A DNA stretch of 64,000 nt from contig CBDIPT010000001.1 of assembly GCA_965283725.1 (NCBI GenBank), positions 719,730-783,729 on the forward strand, written 5' to 3'. A model generated the notes under the pieces. It searched no databases and was not told where the DNA came from. It saw nothing but the letters and a program-made list of their open reading frames with translations. Source of the stretch: Limisphaerales bacterium. GTDB lineage: Bacteria; Verrucomicrobiota; Verrucomicrobiia; Limisphaerales; JAEYXS01. Shown here in pieces: positions 47,849 to 57,633 of this stretch. Position numbers and translations under genes: made by a program. Positions within the stretch are counted from its first letter, which is position 1; each line of letters opens with the position of its first letter.

Positions 47849-48784
47849 ATGAAAGTCATCCGCTCCGCCCGAGAACTCTTGCCCGGCGGACGAAAAGTGT
47901 CTTTTGCCATCGGCTACTTTGACGGCGTTCACCTCGGCCACCAGCAAGTCATCCGCCAAACCATCTCCGATGCCCAGCAACAGGAAGGCATCTCCTTGGT
48001 GGTCACGTTTGACCGGCATCCGGCGGAAGTGGTCGCGCCCGAGCGCGTCCCGGCCCTGATTTACAACACGGAACAACGGGTGGAAGGCATCCGTAGCGTC
48101 GGGGCCGATGCATTGCTGTTGCTCCCTTTTGATGAAGCGCTCAGCCGTCTGGATGGTGAGACGTTTGTCCGCCAGTTGATCGCGGATATTGGCTGGGTGC
48201 ACAGTGTGTGCGTTGGCAGCAATTTCGTCTTTGGTTTTCAACGCAGCGGGAATGTGGACCTGTTGCGGCGCTTGGGGCGGGAAATGAATTTTTCCGTGCA
48301 TGGTCTGGAAGCGGTTTCCTTGGGGGATGCCCCGGTGAGCAGCACGCGCATCCGTGAAACCATCCGCAAAGGCGAGTTGGGGCTGGCCAGCCAGTTGTTG
48401 GGACGCGACTACATGTTGAAAGGTGAAGTGGTGCCGGGCGATCAAGTTGGCCGTAAACTCGGTTTTCCCACGGCTAATATCGCGGTGCAAGGCCGCGTGG
48501 TCCCGCCGAACGGGGTTTACGCCGTGCATGTTAAAATCGGCAGCCAGACTTATCGTGGTGCTTTGAACATCGGTTTTCGTCCGACCTTGCAGCAGCCGAG
48601 CCCGCAGTTGCACGTGGAAGTGCACTTGCTCGATTTCAGCGGTGATCTTTACCACCAATCCGCGGAGCTTAGTTTCGTCAGCAAGTTGCGGGATGAACGC
48701 CGCTTTGCCTCGCTGGATGAATTGAAGGCGCAGATTGCGGCAGATGTTCAAAAAGTCCGTGCTATCTTCGCTGAAAGCCGTTGA
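47849..48784 (+). CDS. ribF: Bifunctional riboflavin kinase / FMN adenylyltransferase
   Basis: It has AIGYFDGVHLGHQ, GFPTANI and the C-terminal RF-kinase block EVHLLDFSGDLY...RDERRFASLDELKAQIAAD. Confidence 0.9.
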   Translation: MKVIRSARELLPGGRKVSFAIGYFDGVHLGHQQVIRQTISDAQQQEGISLVVTFDRHPAEVVAPERVPALIYNTEQRVEGIRSVGADALLLLPFDEALSRLDGETFVRQLIADIGWVHSVCVGSNFVFGFQRSGNVDLLRRLGREMNFSVHGLEAVSLGDAPVSSTRIRETIRKGELGLASQLLGRDYMLKGEVVPGDQVGRKLGFPTANIAVQGRVVPPNGVYAVHVKIGSQTYRGALNIGFRPTLQQPSPQLHVEVHLLDFSGDLYHQSAELSFVSKLRDERRFASLDELKAQIAADVQKVRAIFAESR

Positions 48785-48859
48785 TTGGTTGCTTTCTGCA
48801 ATCCGCTCTTAGACTGGTCATCGTCCGTTAGTTTTCTTTCATCGCGGGTCACTTTTGCT

Positions 48860-48888
48860 TTCACCCTTGTGCCGGATGGCACTATACT
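48860..48888 (+). promoter_or_regulatory. Candidate sigma70-type promoter upstream of the TPR/exosortase genes
   Basis: TTCACC, a 17-nt spacer and TATACT end about 19 nt before the GTG start at 48907. This is a pattern match only. Confidence 0.25.
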
Positions 48889-48906
48889 GGCCGGTAAGAG
48901 TTACAC

Positions 48907-51804
48907 GTGATAAAGCAGCTAAAATTGATTTTCCTCTTCGGCGCGATCGGTTTGCTCCTGACCGGTGCAGGCTGCAAGCGGCGCAGTGAAGATTTCGAGG
49001 CCAAAGCCAAGCAGGCAGAAACCGCGGGCGATCGCGTCAATGCCATCACGTATTACGAAAACGCCATCCGCACGCAGCCGGCTGATCTGGCTTTACGCGA
49101 GCGGCTTGTGAACCTGCTCATGCAGGAATCGCGGGAGGCAGATGCGGTGCCGCATCTGCTGTTCATGGCGCGAAACCGGCGCGATGACGGCGCGCTGCTG
49201 GTGCGGACGGTAAATCTGCTGCTTGATTTCGGCGGCTGGAAGGAATCGAAAGAACTTTTGGATGCGGCTCCCGCCACTGTCCTAAGCCTGCCGGAAGTGC
49301 AGGAGATGAATGCTGAGTTGCTGGCGCGTGAGGGGAAACTGGAGCCCGCCATCAAGGTGCTTACGACGCTGATCGAGGAAACGAAGACCCCGGTGAAAGT
49401 GGTTCAGTCCGCGCATCTGCGACGCGGCCGCATGCTGAACCAGATGGGCAAGTCATCCGCCGCCTTGGCCGAATTCAATACGGTGCTGGAAAAGTTTCCG
49501 GATGATTCAGAAGCCTTGTTGCTGCGCGCCAATCTCCTGATGGTCATGGGCCGGAATGACGATGCTCGCAAAGCTTATCTGGACCTCCTTCAAAAGCATC
49601 CCAACGCGCACGAAGCACTCATCGGCTTGGCCTCTTTGTCGGTGATCGGTAACAAGAAAGACGAGGCCATCACTTATTATCAGCAAGCTCAGAAGCTGGC
49701 GCCCAAGGATGTGAACATCCTGTTCTGGCTGGCGGAACTCCACTTTGAACGGCACGACATGGCCACCTTGAAATTGCTTTCTGACAAGTCCGAGGGCCGG
49801 AAATGGGAGCGGGAGATTTTTCAGGGTTATCTGCGTGGTTTAATCCAGATGCTGACGGGGGATTTCACGGCCGCACTCAAGGAACTGGAACGTCTGCAAC
49901 CTTTGCTTACGACGTATCCGGGCCTCTATGATAAGATCGGTCTTTGCCATCTGAAACTCGGCAATCCGTTGCAGGCTGAGAATGCTTTTTCCCGTATCAA
50001 TCATGATGAAGCAGTGCAGAACCAAGTATGGGGTGCCTTGGGGCGCGGCTATTTGGCAGTGACCAATTATTCCCGTGCGGTCCGCTGGCTGGAAGTGGCG
50101 CGAGACAAGGAACGCATTGGCCCCTTGGCGCAGGCGCAGTTCGGGGCCGGGGATTTGCGCAACGCATACAAGAACGCGCTCCTTTGGCTGCAGGATGATC
50201 CTGATTCCTCGGCCGCCCGGTTGATCGCTGCGGAATCGGCCCGCCGTTTGGAGATAGACGGGCAGGGGAAAGTTTACTTTGAGCAGTTGGCCCGTAACTC
50301 GCCTGATTCACCGGCTGGGGTCTATGCACGGGCGCAATTGCTTGTGAGCAGCAACCGGCTTGATGAGGCGGCGGTATTGCTCACCAGCAAGGTGACAGAC
50401 ATCGAGAAACAATCCGGGCCAACTTTGTTGCTGGCGGAGATCAGTCTGCGACTAGGCAGAGAAGCGGAGGCGGAGAAGTATCTGAACCGCACATTGGAAT
50501 TGGACCCGCAATCGGCCCGTGCCCATTCGCTTTTCGGCATGTTAAAACAGAGCAAGAAAGACTTTCCTGCCGCCGAAAGGCATTTCACCTCGGCTTTGGC
50601 TGCCGATCCTTTCAACCGCCTGGCATTGATGGGCAAGGGCTGGTTGACGTATGACCGTCAGGAGTTTGCTACTTCTGCCGAACTGTTCGAGAAGGCCGCC
50701 AGTTTGCGCAACCCGGACACCGAAGCGGCTTTGCTCTGGTCGCTTTCAGAGTTTGGTCGCGGGGATGCCAAGCGTGCCCTAGTCGCGGCAGAGAAAGCCG
50801 TTGCTTTGAATGCCACCAATACGTTCGCCCGTTATCTCGAAGTGCGGGGCAACATCGCCACCGCGCAATGGAAACGCGCAACCCCCAAGGCACTCGAGTT
50901 GAACCGGCTTAACCCGACGTACGGCCCTGGCTATCACGCGCTGGCGTTGATCGCCTTGAGCACGAACGATGTGGCGCAAGCGCTCGCCTACACACAGGCT
51001 GGCTTGAAGCAGCAGCCGAAGAATTTGTTGCTGCAACCGCTGGAGGTTGAGTTGCTTCGCGTGCTGAAACAGATCGATCAGGCCCAAGCCCGCTTGGAAA
51101 ATTTCCGCCGTGATTTCCCGGCTGATCCGGATCTGTTTCTGGCTGAAGTCAATCTGCTCTTCGACCGGAAGGAGTTCGCGCAAGCCCGGGCGGTCAGCCT
51201 CAAAGGACTCGCCATCAATCCGGCGGATCGCCGCTTGCAGCAGCGTGTGCTCGACAGTTTTGTGCTTTTGAAGCAGGAAAAAGAAGCGGCTCCGGTGTTG
51301 GAAGAATTGCTCAAGGCAGATCCCAAGCACGACGCGCTGCGTTTCATTTGCGCGCGGTTGCACGAAATCCGTGGCGAATGGAAAATGGCGGAAGATCACT
51401 ACCGTCTTATTTTGGAGAATGATCCCAAGAACGTCGCGAGCCTGAATAATTTGAGCATCGTGATCGGTCGTGATCCGGACAAGCTGGATGAAGCGTTGAA
51501 GGTGGCCAAGCGTGCTTACGCTTTGGACAGCAGCAATCCCGCGGTGGCCGATACCCTCGCGGACTTCATGCTGAGGGCAGGGGATGTCCGGCCGGCGCGG
51601 ATCATGTTGCAAGCCGCGAGCAAGCAGGCACCTAAAAATTTAGAGATACGTTTGCATCTGATCGAGGCGTTGGCTGCCGAAGGCAATACCCGGGATGCGA
51701 AGAAGGAGCTGCAACAACTCGAGCAAGACCTGCCAACCGTCCGCGAGCACAGCAAGTATTCGCCGCTTGTGACCAAACTTAACAGCGTCAGCAACGCCAA
51801 ATGA
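48907..51804 (+). CDS. Large TPR-repeat protein, PrsT-like (PEP-CTERM system TPR lipoprotein-like)
   Basis: It is 965 aa and almost entirely TPR repeats. An N-terminal signal ends LLLTGAGC, a possible lipobox Cys. It has a 4-nt overlap with the exosortase gene. Confidence 0.7.
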   Translation: MIKQLKLIFLFGAIGLLLTGAGCKRRSEDFEAKAKQAETAGDRVNAITYYENAIRTQPADLALRERLVNLLMQESREADAVPHLLFMARNRRDDGALLVRTVNLLLDFGGWKESKELLDAAPATVLSLPEVQEMNAELLAREGKLEPAIKVLTTLIEETKTPVKVVQSAHLRRGRMLNQMGKSSAALAEFNTVLEKFPDDSEALLLRANLLMVMGRNDDARKAYLDLLQKHPNAHEALIGLASLSVIGNKKDEAITYYQQAQKLAPKDVNILFWLAELHFERHDMATLKLLSDKSEGRKWEREIFQGYLRGLIQMLTGDFTAALKELERLQPLLTTYPGLYDKIGLCHLKLGNPLQAENAFSRINHDEAVQNQVWGALGRGYLAVTNYSRAVRWLEVARDKERIGPLAQAQFGAGDLRNAYKNALLWLQDDPDSSAARLIAAESARRLEIDGQGKVYFEQLARNSPDSPAGVYARAQLLVSSNRLDEAAVLLTSKVTDIEKQSGPTLLLAEISLRLGREAEAEKYLNRTLELDPQSARAHSLFGMLKQSKKDFPAAERHFTSALAADPFNRLALMGKGWLTYDRQEFATSAELFEKAASLRNPDTEAALLWSLSEFGRGDAKRALVAAEKAVALNATNTFARYLEVRGNIATAQWKRATPKALELNRLNPTYGPGYHALALIALSTNDVAQALAYTQAGLKQQPKNLLLQPLEVELLRVLKQIDQAQARLENFRRDFPADPDLFLAEVNLLFDRKEFAQARAVSLKGLAINPADRRLQQRVLDSFVLLKQEKEAAPVLEELLKADPKHDALRFICARLHEIRGEWKMAEDHYRLILENDPKNVASLNNLSIVIGRDPDKLDEALKVAKRAYALDSSNPAVADTLADFMLRAGDVRPARIMLQAASKQAPKNLEIRLHLIEALAAEGNTRDAKKELQQLEQDLPTVREHSKYSPLVTKLNSVSNAK

Positions 51805-53308
51805 TGAATGCCGCCCTCTCGCGCTTGATCGACACCGGTCGTCGATTCCCAGTGGCGAGCGGTTTTCTGTTGGTTACGGCGTTGCTGTATGCGCCGGCAT
51901 TCTTGTGGCTGGCGCGCGAACATTGGCTGACTTATGGCGGCAGTTTGCTGGGCGTGATTCCGTTGGTTCTGGGGGCTTATGGTTTGGTGAGGTTCTGCCA
52001 GGAAGTGCCGTTGGGCAATGCGTCATTCAGCATCCCGGCCATGCTGCTGCTGACGCTGGGCCTGTGGATCTTGCTGGCCGGTGAGGTGGCTCAGGCCACC
52101 GCCATCATGGGCTGGTCGTTGGCGTTGGTTTTCCCGGCTTGATGTGGCTTTATGCGGGGCGCGAAGGTTTGCGCCAAAGCTGGTTCCCGGCCTTGTGTCT
52201 CGCGATAGCTTTTCCCATCCCCAACTTGGTGGAACATTATCTCGGTCTTTATGCGCGGCTCTGTTCGGCGAGCCTGGCCAAAATCCTTCTCGGCCTGTTC
52301 GGTATGGCTTTGGAGCGCACCGGCACCTTGTTGACCACGGGCACAGGGGTTCAGCTTGAAGTGGGCAACGCGTGCAGTGGGGTGAAGACCATGCATGTCT
52401 TTATCGTTTCAGCCTTGGTGCTGCTGCAACCACTGCGCTTGCAGCCCAAGCGTTTCTTCGCCTTGCTGCCCATCTTCTTTCTGGCCTCGGTCTTTGCCAA
52501 CAGCGTGCGCGTGGCCGCTTTGGTGTTGATCGCGGAAAAACTTGGCCCTGCCTGGCTGGCTGGTGCCAGCCATGAACTGACCGGTCTGCTATTCTTTTTG
52601 ATCACGTTCATTCCGCTCGCGGTAATGACGGCCCGATGGGGGACGAGGGGACAGTTAGCTGCGGATGCGAGCGAGGCGATTAAGCGTGATAACGAAGTGC
52701 CGCGCATGACTTTGGCGGTGCATGGTATGCTGCTGGCATTGGCGGCGGCTTTTCTGGTCCTGACATACCGCCATAAACATGAGGTGACCCAGGTCGTCCT
52801 GCCTGAGGTGCCATATTTGGTGGCTGACTGGTCGGGCAAGGATGTTATTCTTGCGCCGCATGAGATCCAGTTTTATGGGGTCAGCGGTTTGCGCAAACGC
52901 GCTTATCGGCGGGGGAATCTGGAGGTGGAGTACGTCAGTAATACCGCACCGGTCTCACGCGAAGGATTGCACGAACCAACCGGTTGCTTTACCTCAATTG
53001 GCTGGCGGTTGCTGGAACGGCGGGAAGTTGTTACGGAAGGCAAGCTGCCCGCCGTGCGGTTAAGGCTGGAGGCACCGAAGGGAGACTTCGTGCAGTTGGT
53101 TTTGTTTTGGTTTTCTCAGCCGCGTGCCGGAGTTCTAGCCAGTGAACGGGAACTTACTTTGAGGATGTTGCAACGCCGGATCATGTTGCAACCGGAAGAA
53201 GTTTGGACGCTGCATTGCCTCGCGGTTCCCGTTCAGGAGGCGAATTGGTCAGAGGCCCAGAGGGTCGCGGAAAAACTGGCCGAGGAAATCCAGCAGCACA
53301 GCAAGTGA
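51801..53308 (+). pseudogene. Exosortase (EpsH/Xrt family) fused to an EpsI-like domain, split into two ORFs by an apparent 1-nt deletion
   Basis: ORF1 (51801-52142) encodes the first 3-4 TM helices. ORF2 (52139-53308) carries the catalytic motifs EVGNACSGVKTM (Cys), FANSVRVAAL (Arg) and SHELTGLLFF (His), followed by a soluble EpsI-like C-terminal half. The frames differ by -1, and the second frame is open from 52085. Adding one C to the CCC run at 52133-52135 would join them into about 500 aa. Confidence 0.65.
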
Positions 53309-53319
53309 AGCGGTGCGGC

Positions 53320-53994
53320 TCAGGCCACGGGACTGGCTTGCCGGGCGGCCAGCCAGCGGGAGATATCTTCACGTTTCAACCAGCCGACGACGCCGATGGC
53401 GAGAAACATCATGGCCCATTCATGCGCTTCCGGCACACCCGTGACGACACCACTGACGTTCAACGCCGTGGGGCCACCACCAGAATTGAACACTTCAAAA
53501 CGCAAAGTATTGGTGCCAGTGACGAAATAAGCCTGCGTAGAATTGGTGAAAGAGACCGGTGCGGAATTCCAGATGACGGCGGACATAGCCATGATCTCGT
53601 TGCCGTTCAGCAAAACACGCACTTGGTCATCAGCCCACGCCAAACCGCCGACGGCCAGATTCTGCATCCCCGCACTGAGCACAAATTGATACTCATAAGC
53701 GTAGGTGCCGTTTTGCCCATTATAGCTGGTGCCACGGGTAATCAGGCCGGTACCAGCCATCGGTATTCCAGAATACCAACCCGGTTCAGGAGCAGTCGTG
53801 ATAGCGGCCCGGGGGAAAGTGCCATCAGAGCCACCAGTGAGGCTGACTAACTGCCAGTTAGTATCTGCCACCCCATTGGCCAAGACCGTGCCTGTGGATT
53901 CATCGACACCGGTTTTAAAGGTATCAATGGTAGCGGCGTTTGCACCTAAGTAGGGTAGGGCTGCAATTGCGAGGGCTATGAGAATTGGCCTCAT
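53320..53994 (-). CDS. PEP-CTERM-type secreted protein (putative exosortase substrate)
   Basis: It has a signal peptide (MRPILIALAIAALPYLGANA). The C-terminus is GVPEAHEWAMMFLAIGVVGWLKRED, a PE motif plus TM helix plus basic residues. It is convergent with the exosortase gene, 11 nt away. Confidence 0.7.
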   Translation of the reverse strand: MRPILIALAIAALPYLGANAATIDTFKTGVDESTGTVLANGVADTNWQLVSLTGGSDGTFPRAAITTAPEPGWYSGIPMAGTGLITRGTSYNGQNGTYAYEYQFVLSAGMQNLAVGGLAWADDQVRVLLNGNEIMAMSAVIWNSAPVSFTNSTQAYFVTGTNTLRFEVFNSGGGPTALNVSGVVTGVPEAHEWAMMFLAIGVVGWLKREDISRWLAARQASPVA

Positions 53995-54155
53995 AACGTT
54001 ACTATGCACCGTTCATTAGCTTGGGTCAACGAGTCGTTAATAGGCTGTTTTTGCCATTAATTTATCGGAAACAGCTGGTTGTGGCTTAAGTGGAATTTCT
54101 TGCTCTAATCGTAATCCCTTCTTAAAGAGCATGTTAGGCCCTACTCTATGGGGGG

Positions 54156-57100
54156 CTATCCGGCCGGTTGGATGGTCGATTCTAAAGTCTTGGCCAAATC
54201 CTGAATCTTGTAAGGCTTAGAAAGCACGCCGACGAAGCCATTCTCGCGGTGATTCGCCATGATCGGGTCGTTTGAATAACCGCTGGAGACAATGGCCCGG
54301 ACTTTGGGGTCAAGGTCCTTAATAAGATTCAACGCTTCTTTGCCGCCCATGCCACCGGGCACGGTGAGATCCATGATGGTGGCATCGAACCGTCTGCCAG
54401 CGGACATCGCATCCCGGTAACTGTTTACGGCCTCGTTACCGTTGGCCGTCACTTCCACCTGATAGCCCAGTGCTTCCAGCATGGATTTCAGCAATTCACG
54501 GATGCGTTCATCGTCATCCATGACCAAGATGCGACCTTGGCGACGGATGAAGTGCGTGGTGTCTGAATTATCCTTCTTCAGCGGTTTGTCCGAGGCGGGC
54601 AGATAGACCTTGAAGATCGTGCCTTCACCGACGATGGACTGGACGGTCATCAAGCCATTGTGGTTGCGGACAATCGAATAAGACGTCGCCAGGCCCAAGC
54701 CACTGCCGGAAGCTTTGGTGGTGAAATAGGGGTCGAAAATCTTGGGCAAGATCTCCGGTGGAATGCCGGTGCCTTCATCCTGCACGCAGACCTGCACATA
54801 CTTGCCAGCCGGAAGATGGAGACCGGAATTGGCCTCAAGGGTGACATTATGGCTGCTGACCAAGATGCGACCGCCTTTGGGCATGGCCTGCACGGCGTTG
54901 ATGACCAGGTTATCAATGACCTGGCTGATCTGGCCTTCATCCACTTCCACTGGCCAGAGATGCGGCTCCAGGTCAAACACACATTGCGCTTTGGAACCAT
55001 GCAGGACAAAACCCGCCGTATCCCGCAGCAATTCGGTGATGGAGGCCGTTTGCTTGATCGGCGCACCGCCCTTGGCGAATGTCAGCAATTGCAACGTCAG
55101 ATCACGGGCTTTGAGACTGGCCTTTTCTGCTTCATCCAAACGGGTGGAGGCAGAACTGCTGGCCGGGGTCTGCATCTTGGCGATGGAGATGTTGCCGATG
55201 ATGACTGTCAGGATGTTGTTGAAATCATGCGCAATGCCGCCAGCCAGAATGCCGAGCGATTCCAGCTTGCTGGCTTTCAATAACTCTTCTGCGGTGCGTG
55301 CCTCATCGGAGACATCGCGGAAAACCAGCACGCTGCCCAGCAGATGGCTGTCGCCGCCATAGATCGGATTACACGAATAGGAGATGCGCCGCTCAATCGG
55401 CACGCCGACGAGCATGGCCTGCTGGCTATGCAGGGAAATCTGGCCATTGGCCCGCAAGACTTTCGTTACCGGATTCTCCACCATCATACCGGTCTTCAGA
55501 TGTTGCAGCTTCAACCAGCGGCTCAGGGGATGCCCGATGACATCATTCTGATGGCAGCCGAGCAGATGTTCCGCCACGCGATTGATCAAGACTATGTTTT
55601 CAGCGGTATCGGTGGCGATCACGGCTTCACCGATAGAGCGCATCGTAACGGTCAGGAGCTCTTTTTCTTCCGCCAGAGCATCTGCGAAATGGCGTTGCTC
55701 GGTGACATCCATCGCAAGGGTAATGACGCTGATCACCTTTCCGTCGCGATCGACCACCGGTGTGTTATACCAGTCACAAACGATGATGCGACCGTCTTTG
55801 GTGCAGTTCTGGTTGGTGCTGCGTTGCCCGTGGCGGTTTGCCAGCAGCAGACTTTGCCAGATCTCGTTCACATGGCGGCGGGATGCCTCCGGCACAATCA
55901 GTTCGGAAGCGTGCTTGCCGATGGCCTCTTGCGCCGTATAACCAAAGGTCTTTTCTGCGCCGGGATTCCAATCGACGGCCTGGAAGCTCAGATTCCACTC
56001 GATGACGGCGAGGGGCGTCTGCTCGAAGTGCAGCTTCAGCTTTTGTTCGGAACGGTAGCGCGCTTCCTCGGCTTTCTTGCGATCGGTGATGTCCATCATG
56101 GACCCGATCATGCGGATGACTTCACCCTTTTCATCCCGCAAGATGTAGCCGCGGTCGATGACCGTGGAGTAATTGCCATCACCCCGGAGGAAACGATACT
56201 CGTCTGCCCAGAACTCACCGCCCTTCTTTAAGGCTGATTCCAGACCGCGTACGACGCGGACGCGGTCCAGCGGGTGAACCCGTTCTTCCCACCATTGCAC
56301 TGAAGGCGCGATCTTTTCTGGGGCATAATTGAAGCTCAAGGACATCGCTTCATTCCAAGTGATCCTGTCTTTCGGGACATCCCAGTCATACACGATATCG
56401 TTCGTGGCTTTGTTCACCAGCCGGAAGCGTTCTTCGCTGGCGGCCAGATTGCCGGAGAGCTTCTCCGCCAGACTGCGGGCGCGGACCTGTCCCCAAGTGA
56501 TGCCGAACAATGCCGCGCTGATCAGTAACCCGCCGACGATGCTGAGCTGGGGGAGGTAATTCTCCGAGGTATCGAAGAATGCCTCTTGCGCTTCGATATC
56601 AAGCAGCCACGCCCGGCTGGCAAATACGAAGGTCCTGGCCTCGCGGAAATCGGCAGCCACCGGATAGGCCCGGACAATGCTTCTGTTATCTGGCGGGTAA
56701 AGCTGCTGGCGCGGTGATTGGGGCAATTCTTCGCTGATGGTGAAGTTCAGCAGGTCACGGCGGGTGTTTTCGAGTAATACCGAGAAAAGCCGTTCCAATT
56801 CGAGGAAGCCCACCAGATATCCTTCCACCTTGCTTAGCCCGGCAACCTTCGTCCGGTTATAGATTGGCAACAACAGCAAGATATAGGATTTCTTCTGGTT
56901 ATCCGGCCAGAGGGAAAGCGTGATGGCTTGGGTGGCCTCTGGCTTACCGGTTTCGGCCGCCAGCTCCATCGTTTTAAGCGCTTCCGGGATGGCGGCCAGA
57001 TTGAAAGCCTGCTCGTTCAGCGGGATAAGCTGTTCGGGCGATAACAGGGTGAGAGGAAAGTAATCCACGTTGCTGACCGTATTCGTGAGCCGGTAATTGG

Positions 57101-57404
57101 GGGCGCCTTGTCCTTGTTTCTCTTTTTCGAAAGCGGTCTTTTCCTCCAGTGGTATCCTTTTGGCGAACCCCACGGCATTAAAGGCCGGATAACGGAGGCC
57201 CAGTTCCATGTTGGCGATGTAGCGGGTCCACTCGTCAGGCTCGACCTTTTCACTGGCCTGAAAGAAGCCCCGCATGGTGGTGAGGGCCGAGAGGTGATGC
57301 CGGACTTTCAGATCCATGTCCCGATGGCTTTCCCGGACCATGAGACGGAAATGCGCCGCTTCCTTGTCCTTCACAGTATCCTTGACGCGGCTCCAGACCA
57401 CCAC
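54156..57404 (-). CDS. Hybrid sensor histidine kinase: CHASE domain, 3 PAS/PAC domains, HisKA, HATPase_c and a C-terminal REC
   Basis: It has a CHASE-like periplasmic region, a TM helix (LSIVGGLLISAALFGITW) and repeated PAS blocks. These are followed by the H-box GIAHDFNNIL, the ATPase blocks QDEGTGIP and GSGLGLA, and the REC motifs ILVMDDDE, TIMDLTVPGGMGG and SKPY. The N-terminus is probably incomplete (see findings). Confidence 0.85.
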   Translation of the reverse strand: MVVWSRVKDTVKDKEAAHFRLMVRESHRDMDLKVRHHLSALTTMRGFFQASEKVEPDEWTRYIANMELGLRYPAFNAVGFAKRIPLEEKTAFEKEKQGQGAPNYRLTNTVSNVDYFPLTLLSPEQLIPLNEQAFNLAAIPEALKTMELAAETGKPEATQAITLSLWPDNQKKSYILLLLPIYNRTKVAGLSKVEGYLVGFLELERLFSVLLENTRRDLLNFTISEELPQSPRQQLYPPDNRSIVRAYPVAADFREARTFVFASRAWLLDIEAQEAFFDTSENYLPQLSIVGGLLISAALFGITWGQVRARSLAEKLSGNLAASEERFRLVNKATNDIVYDWDVPKDRITWNEAMSLSFNYAPEKIAPSVQWWEERVHPLDRVRVVRGLESALKKGGEFWADEYRFLRGDGNYSTVIDRGYILRDEKGEVIRMIGSMMDITDRKKAEEARYRSEQKLKLHFEQTPLAVIEWNLSFQAVDWNPGAEKTFGYTAQEAIGKHASELIVPEASRRHVNEIWQSLLLANRHGQRSTNQNCTKDGRIIVCDWYNTPVVDRDGKVISVITLAMDVTEQRHFADALAEEKELLTVTMRSIGEAVIATDTAENIVLINRVAEHLLGCHQNDVIGHPLSRWLKLQHLKTGMMVENPVTKVLRANGQISLHSQQAMLVGVPIERRISYSCNPIYGGDSHLLGSVLVFRDVSDEARTAEELLKASKLESLGILAGGIAHDFNNILTVIIGNISIAKMQTPASSSASTRLDEAEKASLKARDLTLQLLTFAKGGAPIKQTASITELLRDTAGFVLHGSKAQCVFDLEPHLWPVEVDEGQISQVIDNLVINAVQAMPKGGRILVSSHNVTLEANSGLHLPAGKYVQVCVQDEGTGIPPEILPKIFDPYFTTKASGSGLGLATSYSIVRNHNGLMTVQSIVGEGTIFKVYLPASDKPLKKDNSDTTHFIRRQGRILVMDDDERIRELLKSMLEALGYQVEVTANGNEAVNSYRDAMSAGRRFDATIMDLTVPGGMGGKEALNLIKDLDPKVRAIVSSGYSNDPIMANHRENGFVGVLSKPYKIQDLAKTLESTIQPAG

Positions 57405-57633
57405 GGCGGGAACGAGTGAGATGATAAGAACAAGATAAGCCGCCCAAAACTGACGCAGATGGTTTCCAGGATAGACTTCGGCTTTGGCAACATAGCAGCC
57501 CCAAGAGCTTCGTTAAGAATAGGTTAATTAATTCTTAAGGCAAATGGATTCCTGATTGCTTTCCTGCCTTTGAGAGCTTTTTCTGAACGCATCACCTTCC
57601 GGGTTGTCTCTGGGAGTAAGAGAATTTGAACAA

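Noticed and set aside
47831-48751. 306-aa minus-strand ORF
   Set aside because: It is antisense to ribF, whose FAD-synthetase and riboflavin-kinase motifs are clear on the plus strand.
52081-52396. Small ORFs in other frames across the exosortase junction (92 aa plus strand, 101 aa minus strand)
   Set aside because: They overlap the exosortase reading frames and have no membrane-protein character. The frameshift explanation accounts for the region.
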